Position numbers and translations under genes: made by a program
Notes under the pieces: model-generated
Databases searched by the model: none
Told to the model about the DNA's origin: nothing
Seen by the model: only the letters and a program-made list of their open reading frames with translations
Shown here: positions 1 to 7,642 of the stretch, piece after piece
Numbering within the stretch: position 1 is the stretch's first letter
How the letters are laid out: each line of letters begins with the position of its first letter
From: a virus
IMG/VR virus record: IMGVR_UViG_3300045988_074507
DNA length: 43,225 nt
Direction: 5' to 3' (one strand)

Positions 1-119
1 CCAACGGAAGAGATCGCTTTAGAAAATCTTGAAGATTTCGGAGAAAAGTGGAACTCAAAATATCCAAAAATCTATAAATCATGGAGCGAACGCTGGGCAA
101 CACTGGCTACTTATTTTAA
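1..119 (+). repeat. Terminal direct repeat, copy 1 (identical to 43107-43225)
   Basis: By direct reading, the first 119 nt equal the last 119 nt. The transposase-remnant reading frame is continuous across the implied junction. Confidence 0.9.
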
Positions 120-363
120 ATATCCAGAACAGGTTAGAAAACTTATTTATACAACAAATGCCATCGAAGGATTCAATCGTCAGTTGCGAAAAGTGACAAA
201 AAGCAAAACTGTATTTCCAACTGATGACAGCTTATTAAAAATGCTTTATTTGGCAACGATGGACATCACAAAAAAATGGACTGGTCGCAGAAGAGACTGG
301 AGCCAGATCCGTGCACAATTAGATATATTTTTTGAAGAACGATTAGAAAAATATATGTATTAA
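1..363 (+). pseudogene. IS256/Mutator-family transposase, C-terminal fragment (continues from 42975-43225 across the junction)
   Basis: Frame 1 reads PTEEIALENLEDFGEKWNSKYPKIYKSWSERWATLATYFKYPEQVRKLIYTTNAIEGFNRQLRKVTKSKTVFPTDDSLLKMLYLATMDITKKW..., the conserved C-terminal region of IS256-type transposases. Stop codon at 361-363. There is no start codon or N-terminal catalytic part in the window. Confidence 0.8.
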
Positions 364-518
364 AAATCTGTGTTTTTAGACAGGTTTATTTGACATGCCT
401 AAAATCTTTTGTATAATACAGATAAGGGCTATGAGTCAAAATTTGACTCATAACCCTCATAACTATTGATTAATCTTATATCAGTTTTTTGTGTTTACAC
501 AAAACTTGAAACAGTCTC

Positions 519-526
519 TGAAACAA
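519..526 (+). repeat. 8-bp target-site duplication (tgaaacaa), right copy
   Basis: Identical octamer abuts the outer ends of both IS inverted repeats (42925-42932 and 519-526). 8 bp is the duplication size typical of the IS256 family. Confidence 0.8.
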
Positions 527-642
527 AGTTATACGTTTGTGCAGGGATGATTACGGCAGTCTTAATGACTGTAACAGAGCATCCAACGCTTGCAGTCATG
601 ATGATATTATGGGCAATCGTTATGGGAGTGATCGGAGAATAA
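520..642 (+). pseudogene. 3' part of a small membrane-protein gene split by the IS insertion
   Basis: Removing the IS and one duplication copy joins 42887-42932 to 527-642 in frame. The joined product is MKANNKKKEMRLNETKLYVCAGMITAVLMTVTEHPTLAVMMILWAIVMGVIGE (53 aa, one hydrophobic helix), with an RBS upstream of 42887. Confidence 0.65.
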
Positions 643-655
643 GGAGGGCAAACAA

Positions 656-817
656 ATGTTTGACGGTGCAAAAGTAGAAGGAACGTTTGATCCGCAGCAT
701 ATTTATAACGTACTGGCAAGAATCCTATCAGACCGGGAGGGTGTGGAGATCACGGCGAAAGTAAAGCCGAAGGAAGAAACCACGGCAGCAGGTACAGAAG
801 TGAAGGAGACAGCGTGA
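656..817 (+). CDS. Small hypothetical protein (53 aa)
   Basis: ATG at 656 is preceded by AAGGAGGG at a good distance. Product is MFDGAKVEGTFDPQHIYNVLARILSDREGVEITAKVKPKEETTAAGTEVKETA. It is below the ORF-track size cutoff. Confidence 0.55.
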   Translation: MFDGAKVEGTFDPQHIYNVLARILSDREGVEITAKVKPKEETTAAGTEVKETA

Positions 818-837
818 CAAAAAAGACAATAAAAAAA

Positions 838-877
838 GCGTTATATCTAACCACAAAGGATAAGTTAGATATAACGC
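838..877. promoter_or_regulatory. Perfect 14-bp stem hairpin with 12-nt loop (candidate origin element or terminator)
   Basis: gcgttatatctaac (838-851) pairs perfectly with gttagatataacgc (864-877). An A-run lies on the left and there is no T-run on the right. It sits about 220 nt upstream of the Rep gene. Confidence 0.4.
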
Positions 878-1098
878 CGACCAACCTAAAAGGCTAATCG
901 AATAATAAAAGCAATATTATTGTATCATATGAGCGGTTAGCGGTCAACAAAAACAGCGAAATAAAGACGTTTGAAATGACTTTTTAACGGCTTGTATGGG
1001 GTATTAACATTCTAACGATAATAAATGATTATATAGATACCTAAGAGACAGAGAGGAAGGACCGCAACAGATAGACATGATACAGAAGGAGGGTATAA

Positions 1099-2040
1099 AT
1101 GTTTATCAGAGAAAAAAAGATTAGTTGCGGTAAGTACACCGAGATTGACATAATACCAAGAACAGAAACTGCAGAACAGGCAAGCAGAGGAAAAAGAGGA
1201 AAGAGAAGAAAAGCAAAGAAGCCGAAGCAAACGGATCTGAATGACAAGAACGCAAAACGCTATCTTGCACAGTTAGGAAACGGGAACTTCGGAAGAAATG
1301 ACATACATTTAACGTTAACGTATGACGCGAAGCATCTACCCGATACGGTAGAAGAAGCAGAAAGAACGGTAACGAATTACTTAAGGCGTGTAGCGTATAG
1401 GCGTAAAAAGCTGGAATTAGAGCCGTTAAAGTACATATTAGTTACAGAGTATAAGTTCGCCAGGAATGGGGAACAGATTAAAAGAATACACCACCACATC
1501 ATAATGAACGGTGGACAGGACAGGGAAGAAGTCGAGAGGATGTGGACATGCGACCGGATCAACTGGAAGAAGTACCAGGAAAGCCGGGAATATAGAAGCA
1601 GCATTAAGGCGATCGGATACGCAAACGCTGATCGCTTGCAATTAAACGAAAACGGAATCGAAGCACTATGCAAGTACATCGTAAAAGATCCACAGGGAAA
1701 GAAGCGATTTAGTAGCAGCAGAAACTTAGAACGACCAGACACAGAACGCAGAGACGGACCAGACAACAACCCACGCGTAGAAGTCTTAAGAAGATGGAAG
1801 GGCAGAAGATTAAACGACGTTTTCGAAAAATGCAATGATTACAAGTATAGCAAAAAGAAAGTTGAACAGTTGGCAAAATCAAACGACTGCGGACTTGAAG
1901 AATTTAGAAAGATATACAAGGGATACAACATAACAGAAGTTACGCCAGTCTATTACAAAGATACAGGGTGGCACATCTATTTGAAGATGTGGGAGAAAGA
2001 CGAACCAAAGAAAAAGACAACCAGGAAGGAGAAAAGATGA
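1099..2040 (+). CDS. HUH-superfamily rolling-circle replication initiator (Rep)-like protein
   Basis: 313 aa with three ordered motifs: IHLTLTY (motif I-like), RIHHHIIMNG (HUH motif) and ALCKYIVKD (YxxK catalytic Tyr motif). Basic N-terminal segment; RBS GAAGGAGGG upstream. Confidence 0.6.
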   Translation: MFIREKKISCGKYTEIDIIPRTETAEQASRGKRGKRRKAKKPKQTDLNDKNAKRYLAQLGNGNFGRNDIHLTLTYDAKHLPDTVEEAERTVTNYLRRVAYRRKKLELEPLKYILVTEYKFARNGEQIKRIHHHIIMNGGQDREEVERMWTCDRINWKKYQESREYRSSIKAIGYANADRLQLNENGIEALCKYIVKDPQGKKRFSSSRNLERPDTERRDGPDNNPRVEVLRRWKGRRLNDVFEKCNDYKYSKKKVEQLAKSNDCGLEEFRKIYKGYNITEVTPVYYKDTGWHIYLKMWEKDEPKKKTTRKEKR

Positions 2041-2330
2041 ATCTAAAAGAAATGGTTAACACAATGATGCCAAGCGATCGGCTGATTGTTAAAGATACAT
2101 ACGGAGAGGAGCTATACCGGGGATATGCTGCAAATTATGACAATACACAGCAGCAGGCACTAAGAGTGGTACAATGCCACCAGATATCCGTCGATATTAC
2201 TAAGCGGATGCCAGAACAGAAGCTGACAAAAAGAAGACCGCAAGGCGAACCAGTACCAGAAGGGAGAGTGCATGAATATAAATTTAAAGATTTAGACATG
2301 AAGATCTACACAAAAATTACAATAGCATAA
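2037..2330 (+). CDS. Hypothetical protein (97 aa)
   Basis: ATG at 2037 overlaps the Rep stop (ATGA). The track ORF 1968-2330 probably starts here (MNLKEMVNTMMPSDRLIVKD...). Confidence 0.6.
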   Translation: MNLKEMVNTMMPSDRLIVKDTYGEELYRGYAANYDNTQQQALRVVQCHQISVDITKRMPEQKLTKRRPQGEPVPEGRVHEYKFKDLDMKIYTKITIA

Positions 2331-2359
2331 ACAACTAGCGCAGGAAGGAAGAAAGAAAC

Positions 2360-2938
2360 ATGAAAATGATAATGCTACAAATGAATCCGCAGAACTGGAA
2401 GCAGGTACTAAAAGGCAAGAAGGTAATGCAGATCAACAAACGAAGACCAAAGGAAGAACCGCCGTATTGCATCCTGGTATGCTTAAAAGGTAAAGGCGTA
2501 GTAGGACAATTTACGTGTAACGAGATTATCGAAATGCTGGACAGCGAAGACGTTACGGCAGAGCCTAAAAAGGTATATGGGTTAAAAATCAGTGATCCGA
2601 TCGAGTACGCAAACGTACACCCGTACACGATGTACAAGACCACAGCACCGGCAAGATGGAAGTATTATACAGGGCTGTACGTGCCGGATCTAATAACTAT
2701 CAACAATTTAGCCACAAGATGTGGATACTTTTACAATGCTAAAACAATGCTAGGAATCGACCAGAACTACGGCTATAACTGCAATCATCCATATCAAAAG
2801 GATACGAAAGAAAACGGCGTAGGAAACTGTAAAGCGGAGAACTGTCCACTAAAGAACGTACTGCAAGCGACATGGGAAGATTGCGAGAGATACGGAGTTG
2901 AATATATGCACAATGAATATATGCTAGTGTGGTATTAG
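2360..2938 (+). CDS. Hypothetical protein, possible N-terminal ASCH/PUA-like domain
   Basis: 192 aa. The N-terminus LQMNPQNWKQVLKGKKVMQINKRRPK...PYCILVCLKGKGVVGQF resembles the ASCH pattern (GxK..E.R, then a buried beta strand and G.F). Weak motif-level call. Confidence 0.35.
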   Translation: MKMIMLQMNPQNWKQVLKGKKVMQINKRRPKEEPPYCILVCLKGKGVVGQFTCNEIIEMLDSEDVTAEPKKVYGLKISDPIEYANVHPYTMYKTTAPARWKYYTGLYVPDLITINNLATRCGYFYNAKTMLGIDQNYGYNCNHPYQKDTKENGVGNCKAENCPLKNVLQATWEDCERYGVEYMHNEYMLVWY

Positions 2939-2959
2939 AGGATAAAGGAGAAAAAAGAC

Positions 2960-3181
2960 ATGTATATAGCAAGTAGGAACAGAAAACAAATAGTGAATTT
3001 AAAACATGTAACACAAATTTATATAGGTCCTATGGGATCAATCAAGGCGGATTTTGCAGGAGGTAAAGAATGCAATCTTGAAAAATATGAAACAATGGAA
3101 GAAACAAACGAAGCAATGAAAAGATTAACGGAAGCTATCGGAACAACAGAAATGTTTGTATTTCCATATTTGAAAAAATAG
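2960..3181 (+). CDS. Hypothetical protein (73 aa)
   Basis: ORF with AAAGGAG RBS, in the + strand gene array. Confidence 0.6.
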   Translation: MYIASRNRKQIVNLKHVTQIYIGPMGSIKADFAGGKECNLEKYETMEETNEAMKRLTEAIGTTEMFVFPYLKK

Positions 3182-3192
3182 GAGGAGGGAAA

Positions 3193-3657
3193 ATGAGAAG
3201 AAAGAAAAAACGAAAATATTACTATTACATAAGCAAATTAAAGCGCTACGCAATCAACGCCATAAAATTTGCGATTGAAATTCTATGGATTTTAGCCACG
3301 GCAAGGATAGTAATTTTGGCGATCATGTACAGTGCTGTATCTAGCAAGATCGTATCCGAAACGATCATAATTAATTCAATTATCACGATTAAGACAAGCA
3401 TTGAACAAATACGAATAGACAAGGAAAAGAAAGCCGAACATTTCAGATTGTTTGAACAACAGATCGCTTTAATGATTTATTACTTCCAAGGATGCGGGCA
3501 AATGACGCCGAGAGAATCACAGAAATTAATAAAGATCGTAAAACTGGCAGCAGATAACAACGGATGGAGAAAGCAGAAAGAAGCAGATAAAGAAGAATCC
3601 GAAGACGAAGAACAAGAAAACAAAGAAACAGATACAAACCAGGAGGAAACAAAATGA
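3193..3657 (+). CDS. Predicted membrane protein with acidic C-terminal tail, translationally coupled to DGR target 2
   Basis: 154 aa. Basic N-terminus, then a long hydrophobic stretch (FAIEILWILATARIVILAIMYSAV), then an E/D-rich tail. Stop TGA 3655-3657 overlaps ATG 3654 of the next gene. Confidence 0.65.
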   Translation: MRRKKKRKYYYYISKLKRYAINAIKFAIEILWILATARIVILAIMYSAVSSKIVSETIIINSIITIKTSIEQIRIDKEKKAEHFRLFEQQIALMIYYFQGCGQMTPRESQKLIKIVKLAADNNGWRKQKEADKEESEDEEQENKETDTNQEETK

Positions 3658-4652
3658 AGCATGAAAATGTGATTGTAGGAGACAGATACGGAAACGAAAA
3701 CTATATGGTAAAATTCACGCCCAACAAAGAGAACCCGGAGCCAATGTTCAAGATTGGCGACAAGATCGCAAAGGCGGTATACATTTCAAAATATTTAAAC
3801 GCAGACAAGAACGGCGTACCGTGTTCGCTTCCGGGGTGCGATCCGATGCGCTGTATAAGTTTCGAAAATGCAGAGAAGAAATGCAGAGAAAAAGGCGAAG
3901 GTTGGCACATGTTGACGAATGCAGAATGGATGTACTTATATAACGAGAGCGTGAAAAACGGCACGATCCCACACGGTAATACAAACTATGGATATTATGA
4001 AAAAAATACAAATGAAAGCGGGATCAATGTAAACGGAAGCGGTGCAACATTAACAGGAACAGGACCCGCTACCTGGTATCACGATCACACACTTGACGGC
4101 GTGGCAGATCTTTGCGGGAACGTTTGGGAAATGGTTACAGGATTAAGATTGCAAAACGGAGAGATTCAGTATATCGAAAACAACGACGCAGCAGTTTGTG
4201 ATGCTGGCGAAGATAGCTTGAAATGGGAGACAATCACAGCAGATGGCAAGAAGATTTGCTTTTCTGTGAACAATGAAAAAAATAAGATCACGATCAGAAA
4301 AGGAACAAAGCACACCGGATGGAACGGAATAGCTTATAAAGATTTAAAGATCAAGAAAAGCGTCATGGCAGCAGCAGGAGAAAAACTTAGAGAAATCGGG
4401 ATCATTCCAGACGATTACAAAAACGAAGACGCTTATATTTGGATTGATACAGAGTTAACCGAAGCAATGCCGTGTCGTGGTTCGAGTTTCGACAACGCCA
4501 GCGGCGGTGGCGTTGCGTCGCTGGGTCTGGGCTACACGCGCACGTATAGCGACTACAGCATAGGCTTCCGGTCCGCTTATGTAGAACTGGAAACTGGCAA
4601 CGGTAAAACTGTTAAGGCTGCGGAAGCAGACGGGAAGGAAATGACCGAATGA
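3654..4652 (+). CDS. DGR target protein 2 (remote): FGE-sulfatase/C-type-lectin-fold protein with C-terminal variable region
   Basis: 332 aa, paralogous to 33026-34069 (GWHMLTNAEW, GNTNYG, GTGPATWY, DLCGNVWEMVTG, NGEIQY). The C-terminal CRGSSFDNASGGGVASLGLGYTRTYSDYSIGFRSAY is encoded by VR2, which matches the TR. Confidence 0.85.
   Translation: MKHENVIVGDRYGNENYMVKFTPNKENPEPMFKIGDKIAKAVYISKYLNADKNGVPCSLPGCDPMRCISFENAEKKCREKGEGWHMLTNAEWMYLYNESVKNGTIPHGNTNYGYYEKNTNESGINVNGSGATLTGTGPATWYHDHTLDGVADLCGNVWEMVTGLRLQNGEIQYIENNDAAVCDAGEDSLKWETITADGKKICFSVNNEKNKITIRKGTKHTGWNGIAYKDLKIKKSVMAAAGEKLREIGIIPDDYKNEDAYIWIDTELTEAMPCRGSSFDNASGGGVASLGLGYTRTYSDYSIGFRSAYVELETGNGKTVKAAEADGKEMTE
4468..4578 (+). repeat. 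DGR variable region 2 (VR2)
   Basis: 111 nt align without gaps to TR 34575-34685. There are 12 mismatches, and every one is at an adenine of the TR. Confidence 0.9.
4616..4631 (+). promoter_or_regulatory. Hairpin downstream of VR2 (candidate DGR target-recognition structure)
   Basis: ggctgc-ggaa-gcagac (one mismatch in the stem), lying in a 54-nt flank that is 42/54 identical to the flank after VR1. Confidence 0.5.
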
Positions 4653-5041
4653 GATACGCATACATGAACAGAAAGAGAAGCGAAGCGACAGAACAAGAAC
4701 GGGTAGTGAATTATTGCAGATACAACGAAATGAGGTACCCGGAGTTAAAGTTATTGCACCACATCCCGAACGGAGGGCGCAGAGATAAAAAAGAAGCTGC
4801 AAGACTAAAGGCGCAAGGTGTAAAGGCGGGTGTACCGGATTTGTTTTTACCGGTACCGCGCCAGGGCTTCCATGGGCTTTACATAGAAATGAAGTACGGA
4901 GAGAACAAAACGACACAAAGCCAGCGTTTCTGGTTAGAAGAATTAAAGAAACAAGGGTTTAAAACGATCGTATGCTATGGAGCAGATGCAGCGATAAAAG
5001 AAATTGACGAGTACATGAGCATTGAGAAGATAGGCGTATAA
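4649..5041 (+). CDS. VRR-NUC domain nuclease (PD-(D/E)xK fold)
   Basis: 130 aa. SEATEQERVVNYC..., GVPDLFL and YIEMKYGENKTTQSQRFW match the VRR-NUC D...E.K layout. ATG 4649 overlaps the stop of DGR target 2 (ATGA). Confidence 0.7.
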   Translation: MRYAYMNRKRSEATEQERVVNYCRYNEMRYPELKLLHHIPNGGRRDKKEAARLKAQGVKAGVPDLFLPVPRQGFHGLYIEMKYGENKTTQSQRFWLEELKKQGFKTIVCYGADAAIKEIDEYMSIEKIGV

Positions 5042-5179
5042 ATGGCAAAGAAACACTATACGGATAAGATCGTAATAAAAAGAGAGTACAAGACAGTTAA
5101 TGTGAGGCAGGAACAACTAAAAACAATGAATAAAATTGTTAAAAAGATAAACGAGCGCAAGAAAGAAAAAGAGAACTAG
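5042..5179 (+). CDS. Small basic hypothetical protein (45 aa)
   Basis: ATG directly follows the stop of the VRR-NUC gene. Product MAKKHYTDKIVIKREYKTVNVRQEQLKTMNKIVKKINERKKEKEN. No clear RBS. Confidence 0.35.
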   Translation: MAKKHYTDKIVIKREYKTVNVRQEQLKTMNKIVKKINERKKEKEN

Positions 5180-5220
5180 CAAAAAAAGAAACAGATACAA
5201 ACAACCGGAGGATAAGAAAA

Positions 5221-5994
5221 ATGAAAACATTATCAATTATTAATTTAAAGGGCGGAGTTGCAAAAACAATATCTAGCGTAAATATGGCGCACGTCATGGC
5301 AGCAGTACACGGTTACAAAGTGTTATTAATCGACAACGACAAGCAAGGAAACGCAAGCAAAATCATGAACCGACACAGCTACAAAAAGCCGGGAATCGCC
5401 GAGATTATGACAAAAAGACATATCGACATGGAACAGATCATCCAGGAAACGGACTACCCGAACTTAGATATTGTTACGGCAAACATGAATTTGCTTAGTG
5501 CAAACCTGGAGGTTATGTTAGATCAGCAAAGACCACAGCAGATACGGATCAAGAAAGCGCTAGACCAGATAAGCAGTAAATACGATTATTGCGTTATTGA
5601 CAACGCACCGGACATTAATATAAGCACGATCAACGCACTTGTGGCGTCGGATGATGTTATGATCCCGATCACAATTGATGATTTTGCACTGGACGGACTG
5701 GAAGAACTAAAAGAACAGATCAACAATACAAAAGAGGATCTAAACCCGTCACTGAATTTTGCGGGATGTTTTATAACACAGTACGACAGACAGAACGAAG
5801 CAGACGTGCAGGGCGAGGAATTTTTAAACACATTAGAATATCCGGTATTTTCTACCCACATTAGAAGAACACCAAAAATGAAGCCGTCTACGTTCGCAAG
5901 AAAGCCAATTCTTGAATACTCTAACCGATGTGGGGCAGCGATCGACTATAAGAAACTGGTAGAAGAATACATAAGCAAGACAAAGGGGGAGTAG
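5221..5994 (+). CDS. parA: ParA/Soj-family partition ATPase
   Basis: 257 aa. Deviant Walker A NLKGGVAKT near the N-terminus, LLIDNDKQGN, and a Walker B-like YCVIDNAP. Confidence 0.85.
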   Translation: MKTLSIINLKGGVAKTISSVNMAHVMAAVHGYKVLLIDNDKQGNASKIMNRHSYKKPGIAEIMTKRHIDMEQIIQETDYPNLDIVTANMNLLSANLEVMLDQQRPQQIRIKKALDQISSKYDYCVIDNAPDINISTINALVASDDVMIPITIDDFALDGLEELKEQINNTKEDLNPSLNFAGCFITQYDRQNEADVQGEEFLNTLEYPVFSTHIRRTPKMKPSTFARKPILEYSNRCGAAIDYKKLVEEYISKTKGE

Positions 5995-5997
5995 AAG

Positions 5998-7512
5998 ATG
6001 GCGGAAAAATTCAATCTTATGCAGATGTTAAGCGAGAGATCGAAGAAAGAAGCTGACGAAACGACGCAGAAAGAGGACGAATTGACAAACGAAAAAATGA
6101 TAATGATAGACGTAGAAGACCTGGTAGAATCCAAAGATAATTTTTACCATGTTGACACGAAACTAAAAGCATCAATCGAATACGCGGGAATCTTACAGCC
6201 TTTACTTGTAAAGGAATTAGAAGACCAGGAAGGAAAATATTTGGTACTTGCCGGGCATAACAGACGCCTGGCAGTGCTAGAACTCTTAAAAGAGGGAAAA
6301 GAACGATTTAGAAAAGTACCGTGTGTACTAAAAGAAAAGACACTAGAAGACAAGGTAGCGCTAATTATGGCGAACAGATTCCGAGATAAGACAGACTGGG
6401 AGCGAATGAACGAAGCGTTAGAGACAGAAGAAATGGCAAAAGAGCTAAAAGAAAAGCTAAATTTACCAGGGAAAACAAGAGCGATCTTATCCGAGCTTGT
6501 AGGAGTATCAGAAACGCAGTTAGGACGTTACAAAGCAACGTACAATAATTTGATACCAGAATTAATTGAAGCACTAAAACAGGACAAAGCACCATTTAAC
6601 GTTTTGTACGAAGTAAGCACATTACCGGAGCAATGGCAGAGGGCGGCACTTGATACGTTACGATGGGAAAACGAACTGACGTTACAGGATGTAAGAGAAT
6701 TAAAGAGACAAGAAAAAGAACGCCGGCAGATTCCAGGGCAGCAGGATCTTGAGTTTGAAGAACCTGGAGAAGCAAACGGATCAGAGACAGAAGAAGAACA
6801 AACGGAAGAAAATCTGCAGGAAGATGATTACCAGGAACGGGAAGAATACGAACAGGACGAAGAAGAAAAAGCAGAAGGATCAATGCACGATTTATACAGC
6901 GCATTACAGGCGTTTGCGGAAAAAGTGCAAAAAAAGATAGAGAGATCGCCGGAGATCATCGAAGCAACAGAAGAAGCGTTAGAAAATTTTATGACGTATT
7001 ACTGGGGAATGAATAACAATGGCGGAACACTGGACGGATCAAACGGGTTCGAAGGATGGTACGAAGCAACAAAAGAAAAAATACAGATCAACGATGAAGA
7101 GTTTCATATGATCGCAGAAATGACATGGAAGAAAGCAGCAGCAACGCTTTTGGACATGATCGACTTTGAAAAAGCAAACTATGGAAAGAATGAACAGAAT
7201 AACGAAACGGTAGAGATCCTACAGACGAACAAGGCAGCAGAACCGGAACAAAGCGAATTAGATACAAGGCATAAGATCAAGATCGCCGGGAGTGTATTTG
7301 AAGACGTAAGGGACGGCGCAAAACCGTTCGAACTATTAAAAAATGATAGAGATTACAAGATAGGACAAATTATTCTATTCAGAGAAATGGTAGATGGAGA
7401 GCCAACAGGAAGAGAGACAGAAAAAGAAATAAGCTATGTGACAAAAGGCTATGCAGGACTAAAAGAAGGATATTGCATCTTAGGACTGAAAGACACAGAA
7501 GGAGCATGGTAG
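5998..7512 (+). CDS. parB: ParB-like N-terminal domain protein fused to a C-terminal DUF3850/ASCH-like domain
   Basis: 504 aa. The ParB/Srx box is GILQPLLV...LAGHNRRLA, followed by an HTH-like ILSELVGVSETQLGRYK and a long acidic linker. The C-terminus HKIKIAGSVFEDVRDGAKPFELLKNDRDYKIGQIILFRE matches the DUF3850 signature (FE.RKNDRD...GD). Confidence 0.75.
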   Translation: MAEKFNLMQMLSERSKKEADETTQKEDELTNEKMIMIDVEDLVESKDNFYHVDTKLKASIEYAGILQPLLVKELEDQEGKYLVLAGHNRRLAVLELLKEGKERFRKVPCVLKEKTLEDKVALIMANRFRDKTDWERMNEALETEEMAKELKEKLNLPGKTRAILSELVGVSETQLGRYKATYNNLIPELIEALKQDKAPFNVLYEVSTLPEQWQRAALDTLRWENELTLQDVRELKRQEKERRQIPGQQDLEFEEPGEANGSETEEEQTEENLQEDDYQEREEYEQDEEEKAEGSMHDLYSALQAFAEKVQKKIERSPEIIEATEEALENFMTYYWGMNNNGGTLDGSNGFEGWYEATKEKIQINDEEFHMIAEMTWKKAAATLLDMIDFEKANYGKNEQNNETVEILQTNKAAEPEQSELDTRHKIKIAGSVFEDVRDGAKPFELLKNDRDYKIGQIILFREMVDGEPTGRETEKEISYVTKGYAGLKEGYCILGLKDTEGAW

Positions 7513-7514
7513 GT

Positions 7515-7631
7515 ATGACACTAATAACGATCATAGTCACAATGGGGACAATATTCGCAAGTCTAACGATCTGTTTAATGCGATTATTCCTGGCAATAAT
7601 AAAACAGGTTGTAAGCGTATTTGAAAAATAA
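7515..7631 (+). CDS. Small hydrophobic protein (38 aa)
   Basis: Product MTLITIIVTMGTIFASLTICLMRLFLAIIKQVVSVFEK. ATG lies 2 nt after the parB-like stop. Confidence 0.4.
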   Translation: MTLITIIVTMGTIFASLTICLMRLFLAIIKQVVSVFEK

Positions 7632-7642
7632 AGGAAGTGTGA

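Larger units (their letters stand above)
1..518 (+). mobile_element. Right-hand part of an internally deleted IS256-family insertion sequence (transposase 3' remnant plus right terminal inverted repeat)
   Basis: It contains the transposase C-terminal ORF 1-363. The 26-nt end 493-518 (gtttacacaaaacttgaaacagtctc) is an imperfect inverted copy (18/26, inner TGTGTAAAC block conserved) of 42933-42958. It is immediately followed by the 8-bp duplication tgaaacaa. Confidence 0.75.

Noticed and set aside
1-119. Terminal 119-nt repeat considered as attL/attR of an integrated prophage.
   Set aside because: Serine integrases do not generate long duplications. The repeat lies inside an IS transposase remnant whose frame is continuous across the junction, and no host genes flank it. 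A circular-assembly overlap or terminal redundancy is more likely.
1968-2036. N-terminal extension of ORF 1968-2330 overlapping the Rep 3' end. Similar over-long track starts occur at 17130, 27296, 28498, 28692, 41659 and 8434.
   Set aside because: In each case an internal ATG with a proper RBS, often forming an ATGA stop-start overlap with the upstream gene, gives a more parsimonious start.
6749-6940. Alternative-frame Lys/Arg-rich ORF inside the ParB-like gene. Similar cases are 10014-10214, 13229-13480, 13494-13727, 29778-30069, 32007-32189 and 35437-35688.
   Set aside because: These are out-of-frame readings of GAA/GAG/AAG-rich coding sequence within longer, motif-supported ORFs, with no independent signals.
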